Shown one piece after another: positions 1-9,187 of a stretch of DNA of 64,000 nucleotides. The DNA comes from an uncultured Candidatus Binatia bacterium (GTDB lineage Bacteria > Desulfobacterota > Binatia > UBA9968 > JAJDTQ01). The stretch is from assembly GCA_965242525.1 (NCBI GenBank), contig OZ251459.1:1440001-1504000 (forward strand), in the 5' to 3' direction. The first letter of the stretch is position 1. Each line of letters begins with the position of its first letter. The notes under the pieces are model-generated. The model worked only from the letters and a program-made list of their open reading frames with translations. It did no database searches and was not told the origin of the DNA. Both the position numbers and the translations under genes were made by a program.

Positions 1-381
1 GGCGACCCGGACCGGGGCTTGCGGCAGCAGCGCAGGATCCACGAACTCGCCCGCGTCGGCCACGCCGGCCATGCCCCGGGCGGCATGGGTCAAGGCGATG
101 AGGCCGTGGGTCTTGCCGCCGCCGTACGATGTGTCGAGCCGGAAGATCGCGGCGGCCTCGCCGCCCTTGCCGGTCAACCGCCGGCACACGTTGGCGAGCA
201 GGTTCCTGATCCCCCTGGTGGGGTAGGTGTTGGCGAAGAAGCGGACCGGGTCCCGGTATTCGGCACTACCCTTCCCCACCACCACCTGGGCCAAGTCCGC
301 GGCGAAGTCGGCTTCGGCAACGGTGCCGGTGAGGACGTCCTCCCGCGGGCGGCAGGTATCGAATATGGTCGGGACCGTCAT
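1..381 (-). CDS. DUF499 family AAA+ ATPase, N-terminal part (runs off window edge)
   Basis: Not in the ORF track. Manual translation from ATG at 381: MTVPTIFDTCRPREDVLTG..EADFAADL..FFANTYPT..LDTSYGGGKTHGLIAL. Same FAADL / TYPT / GGGKTH motifs as the DUF499 gene at 38098-41430. Confidence 0.85.
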   Translation of the reverse strand, partial: MTVPTIFDTCRPREDVLTGTVAEADFAADLAQVVVGKGSAEYRDPVRFFANTYPTRGIRNLLANVCRRLTGKGGEAAAIFRLDTSYGGGKTHGLIALTHAARGMAGVADAGEFVDPALLPQAPVRVA

Positions 382-404
382 GGGGCGCTCTGCGCTTTTC
401 TCCG

Positions 405-493
405 GGAACGTCTGGATAATGCCAGATTTCCCTTGGGAAAGCGCGTCCTTCGACTTCGCTTCGCTACGCTCAGGACAAGCGGTTGGGGGCTCC
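405..493 (+). repeat. Miniature element copy 1 (type B; core 441-482)
   Basis: GGAACGTCTGGA end, then TGGGAAAGCGCGTCCTTCGACTTCGCTTCGCTACGCTCAGGACAAGCGG. Right end uncertain. Confidence 0.8.
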
Positions 494-589
494 GTCCTTC
501 CATCCCTGTCCCTCTTCTCCCCGCAAAGGAGGCGAGGTCCCTGCGCCGCGGCCGAAAACCCGCTAAGACCCTGCGCCGAGTTGGACGCT

Positions 590-1966
590 TCAGCGGGTCA
601 AGGCCGCCATCACGTCGTCGGCGCCGATGAGGTGGTCGATGCGTCCGGTGGTTCGGGCGGTCCCGCCCAGCCAGCAACTCGTGACGATGCGCCGGCCCCG
701 GGCCAGGGGCATCCGTTCCGCCTTCCGGCGCAACCCTCGGTCGATGGCGTCGAGGTCGAGCCGCCGCTTCCGGTCGGACCACTTGCACTCGCCCAGCAGC
801 AGCGACTTCCGATCGAGGGAAAGCGCCGCCACGTCCACCTCGGCCTGCCGGCCGTTCTCCCACCAGGACGACGCTGCGCCCCAGGGCTCGGTGAGACCGT
901 GCATCCACGGCGCCGCGGCGCGGCACAAATCCTCCCAACAGCCGGCGAAGAAACCCTGCCGACCCTGCCGCCAACCGTGGACGGCTTCACGCACGACCCC
1001 CTGGGCCAAGGACGATTCATGCGGCAGCACGAACCTGAAGTAGAAACGCAGGAAGGGGTCGTCCAGGCGATAGAGCGCACGGCGCGTCTTCCTGCGGTCC
1101 TCGCCGAAAGGCACGTGGCGGCGAACGTACCCCAGTTCGCAGAGTTGGGACAGGGGCCGCGCCAGACTGGAAGTCGGCTTGGCCAGTCGTGACGCGATCT
1201 CCGACGGGCGGTGGCAGCCGGCGCCGATGAGGGAGAGGATCGAGTACGGTTGCGCCGCGCTGCGCAGGTCGTCGAGGAGCAACCGGCTCGGCTCGCCGTG
1301 CAGGACGCCGTGGGGATTCCACACCAGGTCTTCCAGCGCTTCTTCCTGGTTGGGGTACTCCGACGCCAGCTCCCAGTAACGAGGCACGCCGCCCCAGGTC
1401 GCGAAGGCTTCCACCGCGTCGGCGGAACCGAGCGCCAGCGCGGGCATCAACCAGCCGGCGGCCAGCGGCTCGACCCTGATGATCTCCCGCGCCCGCCCAT
1501 AGAGGGGCGCAGTCCGGTCCACGGCCATGCCCTGCATCATGCGCTGCGACGACCCGCACAGGACCCACGCGACCCTTCCGCCGGGACGGTCGAGGTAACG
1601 CTGCAAGACGCTCGACAGGGCGGGGTCGGCATGCGCAAGGTACGGGAACTCGTCCAGGCAGACGTGGACGAGCCGGTCGGCGCGGGCGTACAGCGACGCC
1701 AGCAACTCATCCCACGTGCGGTACGCCGCCTTGTCGAAATCGGGCAGCCGGCGGGCCAGGACCGCAGCCAGCGACGCCAGTTGCAGCGGTGTTTCGCGCT
1801 GGTCCGCCTGGAAGTAAACGTGCTCCGGGCCGAGCACCCGTTGGAGCAACGTGGACTTCCCGCACCGACGGCGCCCATAGACCACCGCCAATCCGCCGTT
1901 TCGGTTCGCCAGGAACCGGCCGAGCCTGCGGGTCTCGTCGTCCCGGTCGTAAAAGGTCTTCGTCAT
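590..1966 (-). CDS. ATP-binding protein (ATPase_2/AAA + winged helix + DUF234-like PD-(D/E)XK C-terminus)
   Basis: Walker A YGRRRCGKST, Walker B LDEFPYL, GGVPRY, YRLDDPFLRFYFRF, C-terminal EVDV..GECKW. Confidence 0.85.
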   Translation of the reverse strand: MTKTFYDRDDETRRLGRFLANRNGGLAVVYGRRRCGKSTLLQRVLGPEHVYFQADQRETPLQLASLAAVLARRLPDFDKAAYRTWDELLASLYARADRLVHVCLDEFPYLAHADPALSSVLQRYLDRPGGRVAWVLCGSSQRMMQGMAVDRTAPLYGRAREIIRVEPLAAGWLMPALALGSADAVEAFATWGGVPRYWELASEYPNQEEALEDLVWNPHGVLHGEPSRLLLDDLRSAAQPYSILSLIGAGCHRPSEIASRLAKPTSSLARPLSQLCELGYVRRHVPFGEDRRKTRRALYRLDDPFLRFYFRFVLPHESSLAQGVVREAVHGWRQGRQGFFAGCWEDLCRAAAPWMHGLTEPWGAASSWWENGRQAEVDVAALSLDRKSLLLGECKWSDRKRRLDLDAIDRGLRRKAERMPLARGRRIVTSCWLGGTARTTGRIDHLIGADDVMAALTR

Positions 1967-1976
1967 CAATGATGTC

Positions 1977-1997
1977 TCTCATACAGTATGTATGAGA
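1977..1997. promoter_or_regulatory. Operator-like palindrome upstream of the ATPase gene
   Basis: TCTCATACA-GTA-TGTATGAGA: perfect 9-bp arms, AT-rich, 10 bp upstream of the ATG at 1966. Confidence 0.55.
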
Positions 1998-2108
1998 AGC
2001 ATATCTATGGACCCGACCGCGGTCAACCCGCGAGCCAACATGGACCCTGCCCATGGCGCTCTCCGGGCGACCGTCCGCAACCGAAACGTTGGCAACGGAC
2101 TCGTTGTC

Positions 2109-2247
2109 GGAACCTCTGAACGATCGGGACAGGGGGCATGAGCGCGTCCTTCGACTCCGCTTCGCTACGCTCAGGACGAACGGGGATAGGGGTCAGGGTG
2201 AAGGAATCGGGAATCCATCCCGGATTTCTCGATTGTTCAGAGGTTCC
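2109..2247 (+). mobile_element. Miniature element copy 2 (type A, complete MITE-like)
   Basis: TIRs GGAACCTCTGAACGATCG (2109-2126) and CGATTGTTCAGAGGTTCC (2230-2247), 17/18 match. Core 2142-2183. Confidence 0.85.
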
Positions 2248-2252
2248 CGTCG

Positions 2253-3419
2253 TCACTGCGCCGCGGTGCGCCGGCCTCGGAACAGGGCCGAGACGCTGCC
2301 GCCGATGGCGAGGGAGACCAGGGCCAGGGCCACGAAACCCCAGTGGAAACCCAGGTCGGCCACCAGCACCCCGGCGAGCAGGGGACCGAACATGCGCCCG
2401 AAGGAGGTTGCGGCGCGGATCAGTCCGAGGGCCACGCCCTTGCTGTCGTCGTCCGCGAGTTGCAGGGCCAGGGTGGTGGAGCCCACGTTGGAGAGTCCGA
2501 ACCCCGCGGTCATCAGGCAGAGGGGCAGCAGCAACGCGGCGTAGCTCCGGCCCAGGACCTGCAGGACGAAGGCCGGGACCGTCAGGAACACCCCCGTGAG
2601 GATCACCCGGCGGCTCCCCATGCGGTCGCAGAGCCGCCCCCCCACCAGCCTTCCCGCGGTGTCGGTGAGGCGGGAAACGCTCACCATGGCGCCGATGACG
2701 TCCAGGGTCAGGCCCCGGCGCACCGCCAGGAACGGAAACGCGATCCGGGTCACCCCGATCAGGCACAGGAACGACTGGAAGATGGCCAGGGCCGCGCCCA
2801 GGAAGGCGGCTTGGGCCAGGAGTCCCTTCCCCACCTTCCACAGGGGCGTGGAGCCGCGCTCCACCGGCTTCTCCGTGCGGTGGCCCCTGGCCATCAGGAC
2901 GAAGGCCAACCCGACGGTCTGGGGCACGGCCACCACCAGGAACAGCTTGTCCACGCCCCACCACTCGCCCACCAACCCGCCCATGGTCGGGCCCAGGGCA
3001 AAGCCCAGCCCCAGGGCCGCGGCCACCTGTCCCTGGGCCTTGCCCTGCTGCTCCGGCGTCGATTGCACGAACACGATCCGCCGGATGGCGAGACTGAACA
3101 TGGCCTCGGTGAGACCGAGTACGGCGAACGCGGCCAGGAACACCGCCAGGCTCTCCTGGAAGGCGAACCCCAGGAGGCTGGCGGCCACCGCGACCAGCAT
3201 GGACGCGAGCAGGAGGAAGCTCGAGCGGAAGTAGGAGGCCAGGGCGCCGGACACCACGTCCGAGCAGAGCGCGCCCACGCCGTTGAGCACCAGGGGGACG
3301 CCCACCACGGACACGGGGAACCCCTTGGCGTCCATGTAGAACGGCGCCAGCAAGGCGCTGCCGATGGCGCCGGAGGCCATGCAGACCGCGGCCAGCGAAT
3401 AGAGCAGGTTGGAGGACAT
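2253..3419 (-). CDS. MFS transporter
   Basis: 388 aa, about 12 hydrophobic segments, GRLCDRMGSRR motif A. Confidence 0.85.
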   Translation of the reverse strand: MSSNLLYSLAAVCMASGAIGSALLAPFYMDAKGFPVSVVGVPLVLNGVGALCSDVVSGALASYFRSSFLLLASMLVAVAASLLGFAFQESLAVFLAAFAVLGLTEAMFSLAIRRIVFVQSTPEQQGKAQGQVAAALGLGFALGPTMGGLVGEWWGVDKLFLVVAVPQTVGLAFVLMARGHRTEKPVERGSTPLWKVGKGLLAQAAFLGAALAIFQSFLCLIGVTRIAFPFLAVRRGLTLDVIGAMVSVSRLTDTAGRLVGGRLCDRMGSRRVILTGVFLTVPAFVLQVLGRSYAALLLPLCLMTAGFGLSNVGSTTLALQLADDDSKGVALGLIRAATSFGRMFGPLLAGVLVADLGFHWGFVALALVSLAIGGSVSALFRGRRTAAQ

Positions 3420-3518
3420 GGGGACCCGTGCTCCGCAACGTGCGATTCCGCGAAGCGGCTCGCGCCAACCGCGTATCCGGCGCGCGGCGAGGGGAGGGAG
3501 TCTGCACGGACGGTTCCG

Positions 3519-4370
3519 TCAGTCTTCCTGGACCACCCCCTTGATCACGTAGTCGCCCGACTTCTCGTCCGCCTCCAGGTCGAGCAGCCGCAAGGCCTGG
3601 GCTTCCTCCAGCAGCTTGCCGAAGGAGCGGAAGCCGTGGTAGCGCTCGTTGAAACCGGGCTTGCGCCGTTTCAACGCCTGCTTCACCATGGACCCCCACA
3701 GGGTGTCCTTCTCGCCGCGCTCGTCGAACAGGTGGGTCACGGTCTCCACCACCAGGTCGAAGGCCTCCTTTTTCTCCTCCTTCTTCTCCTTCTCATCTAC
3801 GGGAGCCGCGGCCGTCTTGCGCGGCGTCCGCGCCGCGGACTTCTCCCGCTTGGCGCCGCCGCCTCGGCGCTTGGAGTCGCGCACCAGGTCGTCGTAGTAG
3901 ATGAACTCGTCGCAGTTGGCGATGAGCAGGTCCGAGGTGGAGTTCTTCACGCCGACGCCGATGACCACCTTGTTGTTCTCCCGGAGCTTGCTGACCAGCG
4001 CGGAGAAGTCGGAATCGCCGCTGATGATGACGAAGGTGTCCACGTGGGACTTGGTGTAACAGAGGTCCAGTGCGTCCACGACCATGCGGATGTCCGCGGA
4101 GTTCTTGCCCGACTGGCGCACGTGGGGGATCTCGATCAACTCGAAGGAGGCCTCGTGCATGGCGGGCTTGAACTCCCGGTAGCGCTCCCAGTCGGAGTAT
4201 GCCTTCTTGACCACGATCTTGCCCTTCACCAGCAGCCGGTCGAGGACTTTGCGCATGTCGAAGTCGGCGTAGCGGGCGTCGCGGACGCCGATGGCGATGT
4301 TCTCGAAGTCGCAGTAGAGGGCCAGGTTCTCGGTCTGCGCCATGTTCTCGGTCTGTGCTCTGTCGTTCAC
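3519..4370 (-). CDS. NYN domain protein (LabA/DUF88) with C-terminal OST-HTH/LOTUS
   Basis: DFEN, GKNSADIRMVVD, SGDSDF, GFNERYHGFRSF. Start could be 4343. Confidence 0.9.
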   Translation of the reverse strand: MNDRAQTENMAQTENLALYCDFENIAIGVRDARYADFDMRKVLDRLLVKGKIVVKKAYSDWERYREFKPAMHEASFELIEIPHVRQSGKNSADIRMVVDALDLCYTKSHVDTFVIISGDSDFSALVSKLRENNKVVIGVGVKNSTSDLLIANCDEFIYYDDLVRDSKRRGGGAKREKSAARTPRKTAAAPVDEKEKKEEKKEAFDLVVETVTHLFDERGEKDTLWGSMVKQALKRRKPGFNERYHGFRSFGKLLEEAQALRLLDLEADEKSGDYVIKGVVQED

Positions 4371-5350
4371 TGTTTGGCTTCCGTTCCTGCCCGACCGTTG
4401 ACGACGTTCACAGGGGAGCCGTCCAGGTAGCCCCGGACGGCCGCCAGGTAGCCGTCGAAGTAGGCGCCGTAGTTGGCCTCTTCCACGTAGCCCAGGTGCG
4501 GCGTGACGACGGTGTTGTCACAGCGCCGAAGCGGGTGGTCCGGAGGAAGCGGCTCGGTGTCGAAGACGTCCAGGCCCGCGCCGGCGATGACCCCGCGCTG
4601 CAGCGCGTCCACCAGCGCGGCCTCTTCGACGATGGGCCCCCGGGACGTGTTGATGAGCACCGCGGTGGGTTTCATCATGGCGAGATCCGGGGCGCCCAGG
4701 AGTCCCCGGGTGCGGTCGCTCAGCACCAGGTGGATGGTGAGCACGTCCGAGCGGGACAACAACTCTTCCCTGGCGACCAGGGTGACCCCGACCTCGCGGC
4801 AGCGTTCCTCGGTCAGGTTCCGGCTCCACGCGACCACTTCCATGTCGAACGCAAGCCCCACCCGGGCCACCCGGGCGCCCAGTTTCCCCAACCCGGCCAC
4901 GCCCAAGGTCTTGCCCTGGAGACCCACCCCCATCGTCTCCTGCCAACCGCGGTCCCGGGTGGCCCGGTCTTCCCGCGGGATGCGCCGGAGCAGCCCGATG
5001 ATGAGGCCCCAGGTCAACTCCGCGGTGGGCGCGCCCACGCTGGGCGTGCCGCAGACCGTCACCCCCCGCTGCCGGGCCGCGGCCATGTCGATGGAGGCGT
5101 TCCTCATGCCGCTGGTCACCAGCAGCCGGAGGTCGGGCAGGCGCTCCAGGAGGCTGCGGCGAAACGGCGTGCGCTCCCGCATGACGCAGACGACCTCGAA
5201 CCCGCGCAACCGCTCGGCCATCGCGTCCTCGTGGTCCAGGTGGTCGTGGAAGACCGTGAATTCCAGGTTGTCCGGGACTTCCCTCGACGCCAGCAGGGAG
5301 CGGGCGACGTTCTGGTAGTCGTCCAGGATGGCGGCCTGCACCTTGCTCAT
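4367..5350 (-). CDS. D-2-hydroxyacid dehydrogenase
   Basis: ILDDYQ, MRERTPF, GLGKLG, INTSRG, TPHLG. Start trimmed to MSKVQ. Confidence 0.9.
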   Translation of the reverse strand: MSKVQAAILDDYQNVARSLLASREVPDNLEFTVFHDHLDHEDAMAERLRGFEVVCVMRERTPFRRSLLERLPDLRLLVTSGMRNASIDMAAARQRGVTVCGTPSVGAPTAELTWGLIIGLLRRIPREDRATRDRGWQETMGVGLQGKTLGVAGLGKLGARVARVGLAFDMEVVAWSRNLTEERCREVGVTLVAREELLSRSDVLTIHLVLSDRTRGLLGAPDLAMMKPTAVLINTSRGPIVEEAALVDALQRGVIAGAGLDVFDTEPLPPDHPLRRCDNTVVTPHLGYVEEANYGAYFDGYLAAVRGYLDGSPVNVVNGRAGTEAKQ

Positions 5351-5376
5351 GACGTGGTGGGTACGGGAGGGGCGCG

Positions 5377-6255
5377 CTACAGGTCCCGGCAGAGTTCGGA
5401 CTGGGGCACCTCGGCGCAGAACTCCGCCAGCCTTTCCCGCTGCTCCGTTCCGTCTCCCGTCCTTCCTCTCCGGTCCCTGCCGCCCGCCGGTCCCTGCCTT
5501 GCCGCGTTGTTCACGGGCCGCGGCGCGCCGTCCCGCCATTGGTCCAGGCGCGCGGCCACCTCGGCGTAGCGCTGCCGGGTGGCCTCCTTGTTCTCCCGCA
5601 AGGCCAGGAACAGTTCCTCCCAGCGTTTGTCGTCCCGCTGGCGGCGCCGGGTCCATTCCTGCTCGCGTCGGTCGCCGGCTTCGACCACCTCAGCCAAGCG
5701 TTCCTCCAGGCCGGTCAGGGCCGCCTGCTGCGCCTCCGTCCCGCCGGACGGCCCGGAGAGGCCGCGTTCCAGCTTCCGCAGTTGCGCCGCCAGGCTCTTC
5801 CGGTTCTCTTGCACGAGCTCGGTCAACGTCTCCCAGCGCTTTTCATCGGCCCCGGTGTCGCGGCGGTCCAGCTCCTGTTTCCACGCCTTCTGCACCGCGG
5901 CCCAGCCCTTCTCCCTCCGGTCCGTCAACTCCCGGACCCATTTCTCCAGTTCCTGCTGCAGGACTTCCCGCTGGGCCCCGGTCAGCGCCGCGGTGAGTTT
6001 CCCTGCCAGCGCGCCGGCGTCCGTACCCTGTCCGGCTTCCTGCGCGCCCGCGCCCCGGAGCAGGTCCACCGTCTCCCGGACCCTGGCGAGCTGTCCTTCG
6101 GTGCGGGCCAGGGAGATCATCATCTCCGTCAGGTCCGCCTCGTTGCCCTCGTTCATCCGTTCGAGGGCCGCCCTGAGGTTGCGGGTCTCCCACGCGGAGT
6201 ACCCCGCCGCCGCCAGGACCGCCACGAGAGCCAGCGCTGCGAATGCCCTACCCAT
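5377..6255 (-). CDS. Hypothetical membrane-anchored coiled-coil protein
   Basis: N-terminal hydrophobic segment followed by E/R/L-rich helical sequence, co-oriented with its neighbours. Confidence 0.65.
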   Translation of the reverse strand: MGRAFAALALVAVLAAAGYSAWETRNLRAALERMNEGNEADLTEMMISLARTEGQLARVRETVDLLRGAGAQEAGQGTDAGALAGKLTAALTGAQREVLQQELEKWVRELTDRREKGWAAVQKAWKQELDRRDTGADEKRWETLTELVQENRKSLAAQLRKLERGLSGPSGGTEAQQAALTGLEERLAEVVEAGDRREQEWTRRRQRDDKRWEELFLALRENKEATRQRYAEVAARLDQWRDGAPRPVNNAARQGPAGGRDRRGRTGDGTEQRERLAEFCAEVPQSELCRDL

Positions 6256-6309
6256 CCCCGACCCCGTCGAAATGCGTGCCGTCCCTGCCTCCGGTCCTTC
6301 CGCCGCCGG

Positions 6310-7071
6310 TCACGCGCTCGCAGCTTCGAGTCCGCGCACGCTCTCCGGCCCGAGACCGGGGCGGACGAACGCCTGGTAGATGGACTCGTTCTGCAACCAC
6401 ATGACGTCCACGCGCGTCCTCACCGCGGCCCGCATCTCCTCCTGGAGGCCGCCATCCATGACGTGCTCCTTGATCACGTCCACGATGAAGTTGCCGTGCC
6501 CCTCGTCATGATACTCGTGGGCGCGAAAGAAGGCCAGTGAATCGGAGGGTATCCACGGGTAGCGGGTCTCCAGCGCCTCCCTCTCCTCCCCCATGCGCCG
6601 AGGCCCCTCTCCCTCGAAGACCAGCCCGGTGCCGATGGCCACGGCCCAGTGGCTCTGCCGGACCAGTTGCACGTACATCTCCAGGGCGGCCCGGATCCCC
6701 GGCAGCGGCTCGTAGCCGTGCATCTCTTCACGCGGGATCCCCAGGCCCTCCCCGAAGCGGGTCCACAACTCGGCGTGGCTGGGGTACTTCCCGCCGAACA
6801 GGTCCTCGCCCTCCTCCTCCACCATGTTCTCCAGCAGCATCCGCCGCAGCGCCTGGACCGGGCACTTCTGGTAGCGGATGCCGAAGAAGCGATGGATGTT
6901 GCGGAACTCGTGGAACTGGTTCTTGGCCCAGCCCTGCAACTGCTCTTGGCTGAGCCGGCCCTCCAGCAGCAGCCTCCGCAGCGGGTGCACCGGGTAGCGG
7001 CCCCGCAGCACCCGGCGCAGGTCGTCGATCAGGGCTTCCGGCCCGAGGACCTCCATGCGCGCCTCCCCCAT
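6310..7071 (-). CDS. Heme-oxygenase-like iron-containing redox enzyme (PqqC/CADD/TenA superfamily)
   Basis: ENMVEEE..HAELW..E..FFRAHEYHDEGH pattern of putative metal ligands. Confidence 0.8.
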   Translation of the reverse strand: MGEARMEVLGPEALIDDLRRVLRGRYPVHPLRRLLLEGRLSQEQLQGWAKNQFHEFRNIHRFFGIRYQKCPVQALRRMLLENMVEEEGEDLFGGKYPSHAELWTRFGEGLGIPREEMHGYEPLPGIRAALEMYVQLVRQSHWAVAIGTGLVFEGEGPRRMGEEREALETRYPWIPSDSLAFFRAHEYHDEGHGNFIVDVIKEHVMDGGLQEEMRAAVRTRVDVMWLQNESIYQAFVRPGLGPESVRGLEAASA

Positions 7072-7075
7072 CCCG

Positions 7076-8749
7076 CTACTGGCCGGGCATGAAGAGCTCC
7101 TGCCGCCGCACCTGGCCCGGGAACACGTCCCTGCACTCGCCGTCTTGCAGCACGACCTTGCCGTTCACCACCACCGCGCCGATGCCCGGCGGATGGCGGT
7201 GTATCTCCTCATCGTCGAGCTTGGCCGGCATGCGCTTGCTGGCCAGGTCGTCGATCTTGTCCGGGTCGAACACGGTGACGTCGGCCGGCAGGCCGGTCTT
7301 GAGCAGCCCCCGGTTCATCCGGAGCTTGGCCGCGGGATGGCCGGTCATCTTGTGCACCGCTTCCTCCAGGTTGAACAGCTTCCTGTCCCGGCGCCAGTAA
7401 CCCAGCACGCGGGTGGGAGCGCCGTGCCAGAAGAACCTGTCCAGGTGCGCGCCCGCGTCCGTGCCGATGAGCCCCTCGGTGGTCTTGATCATCTCGGCCA
7501 GGAGGTCCATGTGTCCGTTGGCGAAACCCTGGTAGTAGAGCTTCGACGCCAAGCCGTCATCGAGCCAAGTGTCGAAGAAGGCGTCCGCCTCGGACTTGCC
7601 CGTGTCCCCGGCGATCTCCGAGACGTTCCGGCCTTCACGGGACTTGAGGTCTTCCCGCTGCATCACGTCGAAATAGACGCCGCCCCACCCCAGCCATTCG
7701 GGATACGCCGGCGCGCCCGCGTTCTCGCGCCTCTGCTCGTCCAGCTTCCGTCGGACCTCGGGGTCCCGGAGCTTGCGCGGCAGCTCGTCCCGGTCCTGCT
7801 TGATATCCTCCCACAGGGGCAGGCCGTCCAGGATGAAACAGTCGTCCAGGTGGAAGCGCCGGATGTGCGAATAGGGAATGACCACGCCGTAGATGTCCTT
7901 GCCCCGTTCCCGGGCCTCCTTCATGAGCTCGATGGCCCGCAGGCCGTCTTCCTTCTCGCCCGGCCGCACGCGGAACTCGTTGCCGATCATCGGCACGTGG
8001 ATCTTCTCCACCAGCTCGGGAAAGCCGCTCTCCGGCTTCAGCAGGTTGCCGAAGCCGTTGAACTGGAAGCAGCCGCCGTACTCGCCGGCCACGTTGGCCA
8101 GCGTCGCCATCTCTTCCTGGCTCGCCAGCGTGCTGGGGGTGCCGGCGTGGATCGCCGGACCGCCCCGGGGACTGGAGGAGAAGCCGATGCCGCCGGCTTC
8201 CATCCCTTCCCGGACCATCCGCTTCATGCTCTCCAGCTCGTCGGGGGTGGCTTCCCGCCGGCAGGCCGCCTCCCCCATGACCGTGAGCCGCACCGGCGAG
8301 TGGGGCACCAGCGCGGCCACGTTCACCCCGACCCTGCCTTCGAGATAGTCCAGGTATTCGGGGAAGGTGGTCCAGTTCCAGTCCTCGTCCTCCACGTAGT
8401 CGTCGAGCACCCGGCGCAAGTAGGTGATGAGCACGTCCCGGGGCTCGCCCTTGGGCGGCACCGGGGCGATGGACGCGCCGCAGTCGCCGATGACGATGGA
8501 GGTGACCCCGTAGTTGACCACGGGGTTGCCGTGGGGGTACTGCACGATGAAGAGGTCCATGTGGGTGTGGGAGTCGATGAAGCCCGGGGCCACCACCTGC
8601 CCCCGGGCGTCGATCTCGGTGCGGCCCGAGCCCAGGTCCTTCCCGATGGCGGCGATGGTCCCCCCGTCGATGCCCACGTCCGCCTCGAAGCCGGGGCTGC
8701 CGGTGCCGTCCACCACAAGGCCGTTCCTCACAACCAAGTCATGCGCCAT
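7076..8749 (-). CDS. Amidohydrolase, N-acyl-D-amino-acid deacylase family
   Basis: VVDGTG, PGFIDSHTHMD, GTDAGAH, ADVTVFDP. Confidence 0.88.
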   Translation of the reverse strand: MAHDLVVRNGLVVDGTGSPGFEADVGIDGGTIAAIGKDLGSGRTEIDARGQVVAPGFIDSHTHMDLFIVQYPHGNPVVNYGVTSIVIGDCGASIAPVPPKGEPRDVLITYLRRVLDDYVEDEDWNWTTFPEYLDYLEGRVGVNVAALVPHSPVRLTVMGEAACRREATPDELESMKRMVREGMEAGGIGFSSSPRGGPAIHAGTPSTLASQEEMATLANVAGEYGGCFQFNGFGNLLKPESGFPELVEKIHVPMIGNEFRVRPGEKEDGLRAIELMKEARERGKDIYGVVIPYSHIRRFHLDDCFILDGLPLWEDIKQDRDELPRKLRDPEVRRKLDEQRRENAGAPAYPEWLGWGGVYFDVMQREDLKSREGRNVSEIAGDTGKSEADAFFDTWLDDGLASKLYYQGFANGHMDLLAEMIKTTEGLIGTDAGAHLDRFFWHGAPTRVLGYWRRDRKLFNLEEAVHKMTGHPAAKLRMNRGLLKTGLPADVTVFDPDKIDDLASKRMPAKLDDEEIHRHPPGIGAVVVNGKVVLQDGECRDVFPGQVRRQELFMPGQ

Positions 8750-8860
8750 GTTCCTTCTCCCTTCCGCCGTTTCCGGAAAGCTCGACCGCGGTTCGATGCC
8801 CCTATCCTGAAAACTCGAAGCCCCGAAACGCGAAGCCTCGCCATTCTTCGAAATACTCCG

Positions 8861-9098
8861 GGAAACTCCGAACGATTACCCCGTTCCCTGAACGATTACC
8901 CGTTCGTCCCGAGCCTCTGAACCATGGCCCCGTTCATCGAACGATGGCCCATTCATCCTGAACGTCTGAGCGACCACCCCATTCATCCCGAGCGTCTGGA
9001 CAATTACCCCGTTCGTCCTGAGCGTAGCGAAGCGAAGTCGAAGGACGCGCTTTCCCACAGGAGGCGGGAATCCGAGCCGGAATCGACCAGCCATTGCC
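8861..9098 (-). repeat. Miniature element copy 3 (type B) with about 6 tandem degenerate end units; core 9009-9050
   Basis: GGAAACTCCGAACGATTACC.. followed by repeated (CT)GAACGATTACCCCGTTC(G/A)TCC-like units, then the reverse core. Confidence 0.8.
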
Positions 9099-9187
9099 CT
9101 AGTTAATAAACCCAAAGGTTCAACCCCGTCAAGGATGGGACCGGCCCCGCGTTGGACGCCCCACACGCTTTGGGCTAGACTTCCGCG

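Noticed and set aside
4326-4358. 18-bp-period duplication at the NYN gene start (AQTEN twice)
   Set aside because: A small local duplication that only makes the start codon ambiguous.
8861-9050. Tandem units as a CRISPR array (also 63387-63490)
   Set aside because: Units are degenerate and abut without unique spacers, no cas genes are present, and they derive from the miniature element end.
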